32,000 bases of DNA from Halorhodospira halophila SL1 (GTDB lineage Bacteria > Pseudomonadota > Gammaproteobacteria > Nitrococcales > Halorhodospiraceae): contig NC_008789.1 of assembly GCF_000015585.1 (NCBI RefSeq), forward strand, positions 1,230,001 through 1,262,000, read 5' to 3'. The notes under the pieces are model-generated. The model saw only the letters and a program-made list of their open reading frames with translations. It was not told the DNA's origin and searched no databases. The position numbers were made by a program, and so were the translations under genes. Below, one piece after another: positions 25,101 to 32,000 of this stretch (position 1 is the first letter of the stretch; the number at the start of each line of letters is the position of its first letter).

Positions 25101-25313
25101 CGCCTTGATCAGCGCCTGCTCGGGGTGCTGCGGGTTGTTCTTGGTGAACCTCTCCCAGCGCTCCGGGTAGGCCTCCTGGACGAAGCCAATCAGATCCTCA
25201 GGATACAGGGCGTGGGTGCGGTCGTAGCCGCCCGCCTCGCCGACGAGCCAGCCAGCGGCGCGCAGCTCGTCGATGATGTCCTGTTGGAAGGGTGCTTCGC
25301 GACTATCAGCCAT
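22134..25313 (-). CDS. hsdR: Type I restriction enzyme, R subunit
   Basis: The N-terminal nuclease region has FQQDIIDEL...GW and DLVLFVNGIPTATLELK (PD-(D/E)xK). It also has Walker A QHSAGSGKSNS, a DEAH box VIADEAHSSQ, helicase C motifs and a long C-terminal helical domain. The product is 1059 aa. Confidence 0.95.
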   Translation of the reverse strand: MADSREAPFQQDIIDELRAAGWLVGEAGGYDRTHALYPEDLIGFVQEAYPERWERFTKNNPQHPEQALIKATVRELEKQGTLDVLRHGFKVPGVRIATCSFRPDHGMNPEAQARYRANRLRVVPEVSYSPHARTGEYNPRLDLVLFVNGIPTATLELKSAFKQSVEQAKRQYRNDRPPKDPVTRKEEPLLSFKRGALVHFAVSQNEVAMTTRLAGAETTFLPFNQGTPDGGAGNPPPPDADTYATSYLWREVFQPDAWLKIIARFLHLERKTEEEFDGKRKTRESLIFPRYHQWEAVNRLLAATAEEGAGRRYLIQHSAGSGKSNSIAWVAHQLAALYDDDGNRLFNSVIVVTDRTVLDDQLQRTIYQFEHAQGVVRPITREVGNQSKSEQLAEALAEQTRIIIVTIQTFPALFDALDARPQLAEGRYAVIADEAHSSQSGAAASKLKTILGADAPETDEVSAEELLDAAVAARKPTERISYYAFTATPKGKTLELFGRPPDPEQGRSSENLPQPFHVYSMRQAIEEGFILDVLKNYTTYRTAWRLAHPDDQAYEVNSRKASAKLARWVKLHPYNIGQKVEVIVEHFRTRVRHLLNGQAKAMVVTGSRQEAVRYALALRQHVEAQGYNDVHALVAFSGSVPADDTIPEEVTEHSAQLNPGLNGRDHAEALDTDDYNVMIVANKYQTGFDQPKLCAMYVDKKLQGVDCVQTLSRLNRIFPGKETFVLDFVNDAEEILAAFRPYYNKAELADVSDANVVFDLQRTLDAAGVYHWEEVEQFARAFFDPKAKNAQLSTACQPAKERFTQRYKAAQEQRQAWQEAKRQAERNGDEAGVSRAEHEIKEADEALDELDLFRKNLQSFVRSYEFLSQIVDYDDVELEQLCVYAKHLHPLLRVDRLDEEAIDLSELALTHYRLTKHQEQRLQLEARDEAGDYNLQPVSEVGSGKPHAPEKKPLAEIIERLNDLFGAEVDEQDKLNFAQGVADRIERDEAVMAEVQRNNPQQLMHGQFPERVADIVLDAMHDHEKLSMEILDDKEKGRDFALLILQLLSMRGEPASRRV

Positions 25314-25432
25314 GCCCGGTCATCCTTTTCCCCCGGCCAGAATGCCCCACTGGCATTAGTGGAACATCATCGGCCACTCCCTGGCGAGCGCGCCAGCCGT
25401 ACCCATTCAGCGCGCCGAGTTCACGGCCGCGG

Positions 25433-26437
25433 TCACACGGGGTGCGGCGTACCCGACTCGCTCTCACCTTCCACGTCGGATCCGGCCGCCGTGGTGTTGA
25501 TGGCACCGTCCGCGCTGGCATCCGGTTGTGCCGCCTGAACCTGGCGATCCTGCCACTCTGCGTAGGTCTCGTTGGTGCCGTCGACGCGCCAGGCAACCCG
25601 GCCATTGGCCGTTCGCCCGGAGACCACCGCGGCCGCCGCACTGGGGCTGTTGAACCCTTGATCCTGGGCGAAGCGGCGTCGCCCCTGGCCGTCGTCGACG
25701 AGAATCCCATCACTGCACAGCTGATTGAACAGCGCCTGGTAGCCGCCGCTGGGACCGGTCCACTGGGCGCGTGCCGCCGAGCCTTCGAGCACGAAGAACT
25801 CACCGTCGTGCTCCCGGCCAGTGGCCACCAGACCGTGTTTGGGCAGCTCGAGCCGGAAGGTCGGGGCCTGTTCCTGTCGCTCCTCTTCCGGGCGGGCGGC
25901 CTCCCTTCGCGGCGCTGCGGAGCGCAGGAAGTCCAGACCAAGGACGGGCAGTACGACACGGATCTGATCGGCGAAATAGGCCATGTCCGCCCGGTCGGAT
26001 TCCGGCAGGTTTTCGTAGTCGTGTCCGGTGCCGTTGACCAGCGTGCAACGGCCCAGCTCCTTGGCACTGCGCAGCAGCAGGCTCTCCAGATATTTCACGT
26101 GCGCCTTGGTCAGGTTCTGATCCTTGCTGGTGATCAGACAGACCCGCTCCCAGAAATCCCTCCCGCCTTTGTCCTCAGGCCGATTGTGCTGCTGCAGGCG
26201 CGTTGCGACGTTGTCGCTCTCGCCGATGTAGACCAATGGCCGCAGGCTGTTGTCCGGATCCGCACCGACCAGAAAGTACACCCCGGCCCGCCCACACTCG
26301 GGGCGCTGGACCAGCTCGCTCAACCGGCTGCGCGGCCCCATGAGCACGTGCCCGGTCCAGTTGACGATCTCGGCGGTCATCAACCCATGGGGGGAGTCGT
26401 CCACCAGGAAGAGGCGAATGCTGCGGCCGTAGCTCAT
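25433..26437 (-). CDS. GIY-YIG nuclease family protein with a DUF4357-like C-terminal domain
   Basis: It has GVYFLVG....PLVYIGESDNVATRLQQH (GIY...YIG...R) and YLESLLL. The C-terminal part (FVLEGS...FNSPSAAAAVVSGRTANGRVAW) is typical of DUF4357 proteins embedded in hsd operons. Its ATG overlaps the hsdS stop (ATGA). Confidence 0.8.
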   Translation of the reverse strand: MSYGRSIRLFLVDDSPHGLMTAEIVNWTGHVLMGPRSRLSELVQRPECGRAGVYFLVGADPDNSLRPLVYIGESDNVATRLQQHNRPEDKGGRDFWERVCLITSKDQNLTKAHVKYLESLLLRSAKELGRCTLVNGTGHDYENLPESDRADMAYFADQIRVVLPVLGLDFLRSAAPRREAARPEEERQEQAPTFRLELPKHGLVATGREHDGEFFVLEGSAARAQWTGPSGGYQALFNQLCSDGILVDDGQGRRRFAQDQGFNSPSAAAAVVSGRTANGRVAWRVDGTNETYAEWQDRQVQAAQPDASADGAINTTAAGSDVEGESESGTPHPV

Positions 26438-27723
26438 AGCGCCGCTCCTTCGCGTTCCTGCTCCGGTTCGGCAGCGGCCGGCGGCGCCCAGTCACGCACG
26501 TCGATCTTGCCGGTGACGGCGGCGGAGATCAGGGCGGAGCGGCGTTCTTGGAGCAACTGGATACCCGATTCAGCCTCCTCCATCAACGCGTCGATGCGGG
26601 CCGTTTCTTTTTCGAGGGTACGGGATATCTGTAGCTGCTCTTCCGGTGGCGGCATAGGGATTCGAATCTCTTCAATCGACTCCCGATTGACTTTCGGCAT
26701 CGCCACGCGCTCTGATTCCAGAAAAGCTAGCGTCGAGAACGATTCAGACAGAATCGTCCAGCGCAGATAATCGCCATACACCCCACTTTGCGCCCTGAGA
26801 GGATACATATCAGCGCTGCATAGGCAATCTTCGTAGGCTACACATGCTTTTCTCAATGACGGTCGAATCTTGCTGTATATTACGTCGCCAGCATAGCAAT
26901 AATACTTGCCACTCTCTGCCCCCTGCTCTTCTGCAGTCTCACGAGCCATGAGTCGTCCAGTCCCTGACTCAATGTGATTTGGAGCAACAAGCATCATGCT
27001 CCTATATGGCTCCTGCTTTGGATCAACCTGACCCTCAGCAATTTTTGCACACCGGACGAACTTCACGACATCCCAATGCGCCGGCACTTCCCCCAACCAC
27101 TCCACGCCGGAGTCCTTCATCGGCACATCGGGGTCGAGGCCTTTGGTGACGGCATGGGAGATCACCGCCTGGCGCTTCTCCTTGAGCAGCTCGATCAGGC
27201 GCTGCTGCTCCTCGATCAGGGCGTCGATACGGGCGGTTTCGTGGTCGAGGAGCTCCGCTATCTTTTGTTGCTCTTCATCCGGCGGAACAGGAACATAAAG
27301 ATTTTCAATAGTCTCAACCGACAAACCCGGTTGCGCAGCCGATGTCGCATATTGATTAAGATTCATTGAGCGAAGAAGCTCACCGAGCCAAAAACCGTCA
27401 ATTTGTCTTCCAGGCCAAACAACAACCGCATGCTCAGATGCCCAGAACCTTCCTTTCGCGTAATTGACGTTACCGCAAAGAGCTCCTTGGCGCCCAATCA
27501 AAGGGTAAAAACCGTCGTGAGTGTATCCAGATGAAAAACCCCTTATGCCATTCCCGCCGTAAACGGCATACTCCCCCTCTTCACTGATGTGATCGCTGCT
27601 TATCGCGTCGCCACTTTCGAGACGCGCAACACGCTTCAGCGCACTGACGGACCAATGCTCCGGCACCTCCCCCAGCCACTCGACCCCAGAATCCTTGTAC
27701 TCGGGATACGCCGGGAAACTCAT
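26434..27723 (-). CDS. hsdS: Type I restriction enzyme, S (specificity) subunit
   Basis: It has two target-recognition halves, each followed by a conserved coiled-coil region: PVPPDEEQQKIAELLDHETARIDALIEEQQRLIELLKEKRQAVISHAVTKG and PMPPPEEQLQISRTLEKETARIDALMEEAESGIQLLQERRSALISAAVTGKIDVR. Confidence 0.9.
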   Translation of the reverse strand: MSFPAYPEYKDSGVEWLGEVPEHWSVSALKRVARLESGDAISSDHISEEGEYAVYGGNGIRGFSSGYTHDGFYPLIGRQGALCGNVNYAKGRFWASEHAVVVWPGRQIDGFWLGELLRSMNLNQYATSAAQPGLSVETIENLYVPVPPDEEQQKIAELLDHETARIDALIEEQQRLIELLKEKRQAVISHAVTKGLDPDVPMKDSGVEWLGEVPAHWDVVKFVRCAKIAEGQVDPKQEPYRSMMLVAPNHIESGTGRLMARETAEEQGAESGKYYCYAGDVIYSKIRPSLRKACVAYEDCLCSADMYPLRAQSGVYGDYLRWTILSESFSTLAFLESERVAMPKVNRESIEEIRIPMPPPEEQLQISRTLEKETARIDALMEEAESGIQLLQERRSALISAAVTGKIDVRDWAPPAAAEPEQEREGAAL

Positions 27724-28676
27724 GTATCCTCCTTTCCACTTGGTTTTCCGGAAGAGTGGCCGCCCCAGTCACCTTGAGCCGTCGCCCAGAAGAGATCCAG
27801 CCTCCAGCCGTCCGGAAAGCCCATCCGCGCAGGATCGACGTCATGCACGTCAATAAGGGCCAATAGCCGCTCTCGCCAGTGGTGCCTGGGGCTGATCTGG
27901 TCAAGGAAGTAAGCCTGCATCACCAGCGTGTTGTAGATCTCACGCTTCGCTTGGTAGTGAAGGTGTCTCAACAACCGCACTGGCTTTTTCTTGGGCAGTT
28001 CCATGGTCACCGTCAGGCTGCGATTCCAGACCCGACTATGGTGTGCGCAAAGGTTGCGTACGTAGGTCAGGTGGCGGATAAACCCTTGGAAGGTTCTCTG
28101 ATCCAGCCCGTACACGGCGGCGATGCGCTTGCGGTCGGCAGGCCGCAGCTGGGTTATCCAGCGGGAGAGTAAACCCAGCGACATGACCTCACAGACGGAC
28201 CAGACCGGCGGCATTGCTGGAGTGGAATACTTTGCCGAGTAGTGCCGGATAAAGAGTTCCTTCGACCGGCCAACCTCCTCCCGAAGGGCCGCCAGATTCT
28301 GCGTATGCCAGTCGGCGCGTACCGCATGGGTTGGCTCAAGATACGAATGAGCCCCGTAGGTGAGCGCTAGGTAGTAGGCCCACTGGGTGCGAACGGAAAT
28401 CTCGATCCGCTCAATCGCGTCGAGCAAGAGCAACCGGAACTCGCGATCAAAGATATAGAGGTTGAGGGCATCCTCAAACCGGGCCCCCGAACGGAACTGA
28501 TGGGTGGAGTAATCTTCCTCGAACGGAAGCCAGTAAGCGGTAAGCCGGTAGTAATTGATGTGCTGCAGGTAATGGCGGGCGCGATCGACGTCGTCGATCT
28601 GCATGCCCCGCTGACGAAGGATCTGGATCTGCTCGTCGACAGTGGTGGCGGGCTTGCCGAACTCCATGTTCAGCAC
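27720..28676 (-). CDS. Abi-like protein (Abi_2 family, AbiD/AbiF-like)
   Basis: Evidence is TVDEQIQILRQRGM, L..INYYRL..YW.PF, FDRE.R.L....IERIEI..R and the LR.VRN.CAHH.R.WN motif characteristic of Abi_2. Its stop overlaps the hsdS ATG (ATGA). The start is GTG 28676 or ATG 28667. Confidence 0.8.
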   Translation of the reverse strand: MLNMEFGKPATTVDEQIQILRQRGMQIDDVDRARHYLQHINYYRLTAYWLPFEEDYSTHQFRSGARFEDALNLYIFDREFRLLLLDAIERIEISVRTQWAYYLALTYGAHSYLEPTHAVRADWHTQNLAALREEVGRSKELFIRHYSAKYSTPAMPPVWSVCEVMSLGLLSRWITQLRPADRKRIAAVYGLDQRTFQGFIRHLTYVRNLCAHHSRVWNRSLTVTMELPKKKPVRLLRHLHYQAKREIYNTLVMQAYFLDQISPRHHWRERLLALIDVHDVDPARMGFPDGWRLDLFWATAQGDWGGHSSGKPSGKEDT

Positions 28677-28687
28677 CCGGAAAAGAA

Positions 28688-28736
28688 GAAACCCGCCGAT
28701 TTGAGGGTACTCCGAGGAGCATAGCCTTGGCGGGTT
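28688..28736 (-). terminator. Hairpin plus T-rich tract between hsdM and the Abi_2 gene (possible terminator or attenuator)
   Basis: On the minus strand, AAACCCGCC (28736-28728) pairs with GGCGGGTTT (28696-28688) and is followed by CTTCTTTTCC. The loop is large (31 nt), so confidence is low. Confidence 0.3.
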
Positions 28737-28836
28737 TTGTTACTGAACAGTGTAGCCGCTAGAGGCTCTTCACTCAACGCCGCGGCGCACGCCGCCCCGA
28801 CGCCCTCGATCGCCGCGAAGACGGCTGCCCCGCCCA

Positions 28837-30816
28837 TCATGCCGACAGCTCCTCGATCATCCGCTTGATCCGGTCCGTGCAGACCTTCAGGTCCGCGTCG
28901 ATCTCTTCGAGCGGGCGCGGCGGGGTGAACTTGTAGAAGTGGCGGTTGAAGGGGATCTCATAGCCGACGATGCCCACCTCGCCGTCCTGGGCGTCACGCT
29001 TGGCCTCGTCGATCCAGGCGTCGGGGACGTGCGGGCGCACCTCGCGCTCGAAATAGTCGTAGACGGATTCGGTCAGCGGCACGTTCTCGTGGTCACGCAG
29101 GCTGGTGTCCGGCTCCGGGTTGCCCTTGGCGTCGGTGCACGGCTTGGCCTCCGGGTCGCGCTCGGATAAGGCGTTGAGGACCGCTTTCATCGGTGGCGCG
29201 CCGAGCTTCACTTCCCGCTCCTCCAGGGCACGCTTCAGGTCGCGGGTGAACGCCTGCCGGTCCCGGTAGAGCATCTGGCCGTCCATGGCCTCGCAGGCGG
29301 CCAGGAGGCGGGCCTGGGTGTCCTCGTCGAGTTTCTGGATCGGCTTCTCGTCGAGGATCCGGCGGATGCGCTCCTCGCTGGCCTGGAAGTTGAGCCGCAG
29401 GGGCCGCTCGACGGTGATCCGCCGGTAGCCGAACTCCGCCACCGGGAAGAGCTTACTCTCTTCGCTCTCCTCGAAGGCGCCGTAGAGGCGGACGATGTTG
29501 TCGATGTTTGTATCGTCGATGTACTGCCGCTTGGATCCGAGCGACTTGCGCATCTTGCTGTAACGCTCGGTGGCGTTGATCAGCTGCACCCGACCGCGGC
29601 GCTCCGGCGGCTTGTCGTTGGAGAGGATCCAGACGTAGGTGGCGATGCCGGTGTTGTAGAACATGTCCGTGGGCAGGGCGACGATGGCCTCCACCAGGTC
29701 GCGCTCAAGCAGGAAGCGACGGATCTCCGACTCGCCGCTACCGGCCCCGCCGGTGAACAGCGGGGAGCCGTTGAGGATGATGCCGATGCGCGAGCCACCC
29801 TCCCGCGGATCGCGGACCTTGCTCACCAGGTGCAGCAGAAATAGCAGGGAGCCGTCGGAGACCCGGGGCAGGCCCGGTCCGAAGCGGCCGTTGTACCCCC
29901 AGCGCTTGTGCTCGTCGGTGACCTGCTTCTGGACCTTCTTCCACTCCACGCCGAAGGGCGGATTGGCAAGCATGAAGTCGAAGCGCTCGCCGGCGAGCTC
30001 GTCGTCGGAGAGGGTGTTGCCGAGCTTGATGTTCTCGACCTGCTGGCCCTTGATCAGCATGTCCGCCTTGCAGATGGCGTAGGACTCCGGGTTGAGCTCC
30101 TGGCCGTGCAGCGAAACGGTCACGTTATCGCTGACCTGCTGGATGTAGGCGTCACTCTCGGAGAGGAAGCCACCCGTGCCGGCGGCCGGGTCATAGACCG
30201 TGACCACGCTGTGCGGTTGCAGCTTGTCGTCCTGATCGGTGAGCACCAGCGAGGTGGTCAGGTGGACCACGTCGCGGGGCGTGAAGTGCTCACCGGCGGT
30301 CTCGTTGGAGCTCTCGGCGAACTTGCGGATCAGCTCCTCGAAGATCGAGCCCATGCCGAAGTTGGAGATCCGCCCGGGGCTGAGATCCATGGCCGCGAAG
30401 CGCTGCACCACCTGGTAGAGCAGATTGTTCGCCGAGAGCTGCTGGACGAAGTCCTCGAAGTTGAAGTGCTCAAAGACCTCTCGGGCATCGGGGCTGAACG
30501 ACTGGACGTAGCTCATCAGGTCGTCCGCGGTCTGCGTGTCCGACAGCGTCCCCAGGGTCAGCGGCGAGGTGTTGAAGAAAGGCTGATCGGCCGCCCGGCG
30601 CAGAAGCCGCTCGCGCACCCCCAGCGGCTTGTCCGCGTGCTCCTTCGCCGCGGCCAGCACCTGCTCCTTGGTCGGCTCCAGGACGCACTCCAGCCGCCGC
30701 AGCAGGGTAAACGGCAAGATGACCCGTCCGTACTGGGATTGCTTGAGATCGCCGCGCAGCAGGTCGGCGACCGACCAGATGAATCCGGCCATCTGGGAGT
30801 GATTCTCGGTGTTCAA
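28837..30816 (-). CDS. hsdM: Type I restriction enzyme, M (N6-adenine methyltransferase) subunit
   Basis: It has an HsdM_N-like start ([40 protein letters not shown]), an AdoMet motif ([10 protein letters not shown]) and the catalytic NPPF (LANPPFG). I prefer the TTG at 30816, which has AAGGAG 5 nt upstream. An alternative start is ATG 30792. The ORF track's N-terminal extension to 30954 looks non-coding. Confidence 0.9.
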   Translation of the reverse strand: MNTENHSQMAGFIWSVADLLRGDLKQSQYGRVILPFTLLRRLECVLEPTKEQVLAAAKEHADKPLGVRERLLRRAADQPFFNTSPLTLGTLSDTQTADDLMSYVQSFSPDAREVFEHFNFEDFVQQLSANNLLYQVVQRFAAMDLSPGRISNFGMGSIFEELIRKFAESSNETAGEHFTPRDVVHLTTSLVLTDQDDKLQPHSVVTVYDPAAGTGGFLSESDAYIQQVSDNVTVSLHGQELNPESYAICKADMLIKGQQVENIKLGNTLSDDELAGERFDFMLANPPFGVEWKKVQKQVTDEHKRWGYNGRFGPGLPRVSDGSLLFLLHLVSKVRDPREGGSRIGIILNGSPLFTGGAGSGESEIRRFLLERDLVEAIVALPTDMFYNTGIATYVWILSNDKPPERRGRVQLINATERYSKMRKSLGSKRQYIDDTNIDNIVRLYGAFEESEESKLFPVAEFGYRRITVERPLRLNFQASEERIRRILDEKPIQKLDEDTQARLLAACEAMDGQMLYRDRQAFTRDLKRALEEREVKLGAPPMKAVLNALSERDPEAKPCTDAKGNPEPDTSLRDHENVPLTESVYDYFEREVRPHVPDAWIDEAKRDAQDGEVGIVGYEIPFNRHFYKFTPPRPLEEIDADLKVCTDRIKRMIEELSA

Positions 30817-31291
30817 GGCAGCTCCTTGTTGCTTGTTCGAACTGGAGGTCCTGTCTCCGGCACCGCGCACCGTATCCAGGTGCCGCGATGGCGCTGCTTG
30901 GCCCCGGGCGGGGCATCCACCCGCCAAGCGCATGGGGATATTAGGCGTTATCAAGCCCCTAGGTCACAACCGTTGGAGTCCTTCTGACGCGAAGCTGGAG
31001 TAACGCGCAAGCACGGCTGGCGGTTCGGCAGAGATCCACTGTCAATGACAACCGACCTCGCAGGGTAGATGACCAAGGCGACAATCCGTGTCGCTTCCGC
31101 GCTGACATGTGTACCCCGGAAGGGCCCGACTTTGAGAGTCAAGTGGCTCTTGCGGGGTTCGGCGGGGGGGTGCGACCGCCGATCGACCTTGCACACACGG
31201 GCGTGATCTTCAGCGCTTGAGCGTTATCCGCGTGTGGACATAATGACCTCCGATACCCGTTTTGGTTAATTCTTAGGGGTACTGCCCCCCC

Positions 31292-32000
31292 CGATACCCC
31301 CTTTACAGAACCGCCCTGCGATTCCTGCTCCCGCGCTCGCGGCCGCGCAACGAACAATCAACAGGTTAATGATCCTCATGGGGTCGATACCCCCCTTGTA
31401 TGAGCCGGGTGGCACCATGCCTGGCGCTTCCCAAAAGCCGGCGAATCAAAACCTTGCGAACCAGAGGAGGTTCGATACCCCCTTGTATGAGCCGGGTGGT
31501 GCGACCCCTGGCGATTCCCAATTCGTTTTCATTCAGTCGCTTGCAGAACAGAGGGGGTCGATACCCCCCTTGTATGAGCCGGGTGGTAGCGATGCGTTCG
31601 TTATTGCGTACACCCGCAGAATCAGGCCACTGCGAACCATGCCCTTTCCGATACCCCCCTAGTATGCGCCGGGGGGTAGCGACCTTTTTGATTTTGCGTG
31701 GACCGGGATTATCAGCAGGTTGCACTTTATGCTCTGCTCGATACCCCCCTTGTATGAGCCGGGTGGCACCACGCCTTGCGCTTCCCAAAAGCCGGCGAAT
31801 CAACACGCTGCGAACCAGGGGGGTTCGATACCCCCCTTGTATGAGCCGGGAGGTATCGCCCCTTTCGATTTCGCGTAACTCAGGGGTATCAACAGGTTGC
31901 AACTTCTGCCCTGTCCGATACCCCCCTAGTATGAGCCGGGTGGCACCACGCCTGGCATTTCCCAAAAGCTGGCGAATCAACACGCTGCGAACCAAACGGG
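31292..32000. repeat. Higher-order tandem repeat array with 87/90-bp period and a 27-28-nt conserved core, CGATACCCCCCTTGTATGAGCCGGGTGG; it continues past the window edge
   Basis: Core copies start at 31385, 31473, 31559, 31649, 31739, 31826 and 31916. Degenerate copies lie at about 31292 and about 31251. Inter-core segments fall into related classes: units 1, 5 and 7 are alike, and units 4 and 6 are alike. Confidence 0.85.

Noticed and set aside
22071-26770. Long plus-strand ORFs (22071-24002, 24438-25538, 25292-26770) opposite hsdR, the GIY-YIG gene and hsdS
   Set aside because: They are antisense shadows of clearly recognisable minus-strand genes in high-GC DNA. Their products are low-complexity and rich in L/V/G/R/A, with no motifs. 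The same applies to 29908-30987 (opposite hsdM), 9102-10628 (opposite asmA), 14658-15731 (opposite the IS3 transposase) and 11226-12449 (an off-frame ORF on the same strand as mutY).
30817-30954. N-terminal 46-aa extension of hsdM from the ORF track (start at 30954)
   Set aside because: The extension is Arg/Gly/Ala/Ser-rich with no HsdM similarity. A strong AAGGAG-N5-TTG start at 30816 gives the conserved NTENHSQ...[13 protein letters not shown]-terminus.
31385-31943. CRISPR array (regularly spaced 28-nt repeats)
   Set aside because: - The spacers are about 58-62 nt, far longer than normal.
- The spacers are homologous to one another in classes (1/5/7 and 4/6), so they are not unique acquired sequences.
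- The repeat has no CRISPR-like internal palindrome or typical 3' end.
- No cas genes or leader are visible.
- I treat it as a higher-order tandem repeat instead.

Overview
This is a high-GC proteobacterial chromosomal segment. My hand counts of a few 60-nt lines give about 63-68% GC in the core.

Positions 1-12.5 kb look like ordinary housekeeping DNA:
- the 3' end of a menE-like ligase
- a MAPEG protein
- a Spy/CpxP-like periplasmic protein
- an AI-2E transporter
- slt
- an alpha/beta hydrolase
- an FAD oxidoreductase
- tRNA-Arg(CCG)
- moaB with a small upstream membrane ORF
- asmA, mutY and yggX

A mosaic genomic island starts at tRNA-Phe(GAA) (12463-12538) and runs to the window end. In order it contains:
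- a P4-type tyrosine integrase, preceded by repeated 9-mers
- an IS3-family element with no target duplication, sitting between two 5'-truncated ORFs
- a low-GC block (about 43% by hand count) encoding a DinG/XPD-like SF2 helicase fused to a C-terminal PD-(D/E)xK nuclease (Hna-like architecture)
- an internally deleted ISL3 remnant
- a lower-GC gene for a divergent class III nucleotidyl-cyclase/GGDEF-like palm protein
- a NucS-like PD-(D/E)xK protein with a DUF4268-like tail, placed directly behind hsdR
- a type I R-M operon on the minus strand in the order hsdM, Abi_2, hsdS, GIY-YIG/DUF4357, hsdR, with two 4-nt ATGA gene overlaps
- an 87/90-bp higher-order tandem repeat array that runs off the right edge

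The best candidates for an undescribed function are the orphan cyclase-like gene (alone or with the adjacent nuclease gene), the helicase-nuclease, and the frame-preserving repeat array. All functional calls rest on motif recognition by eye. No database search was possible.
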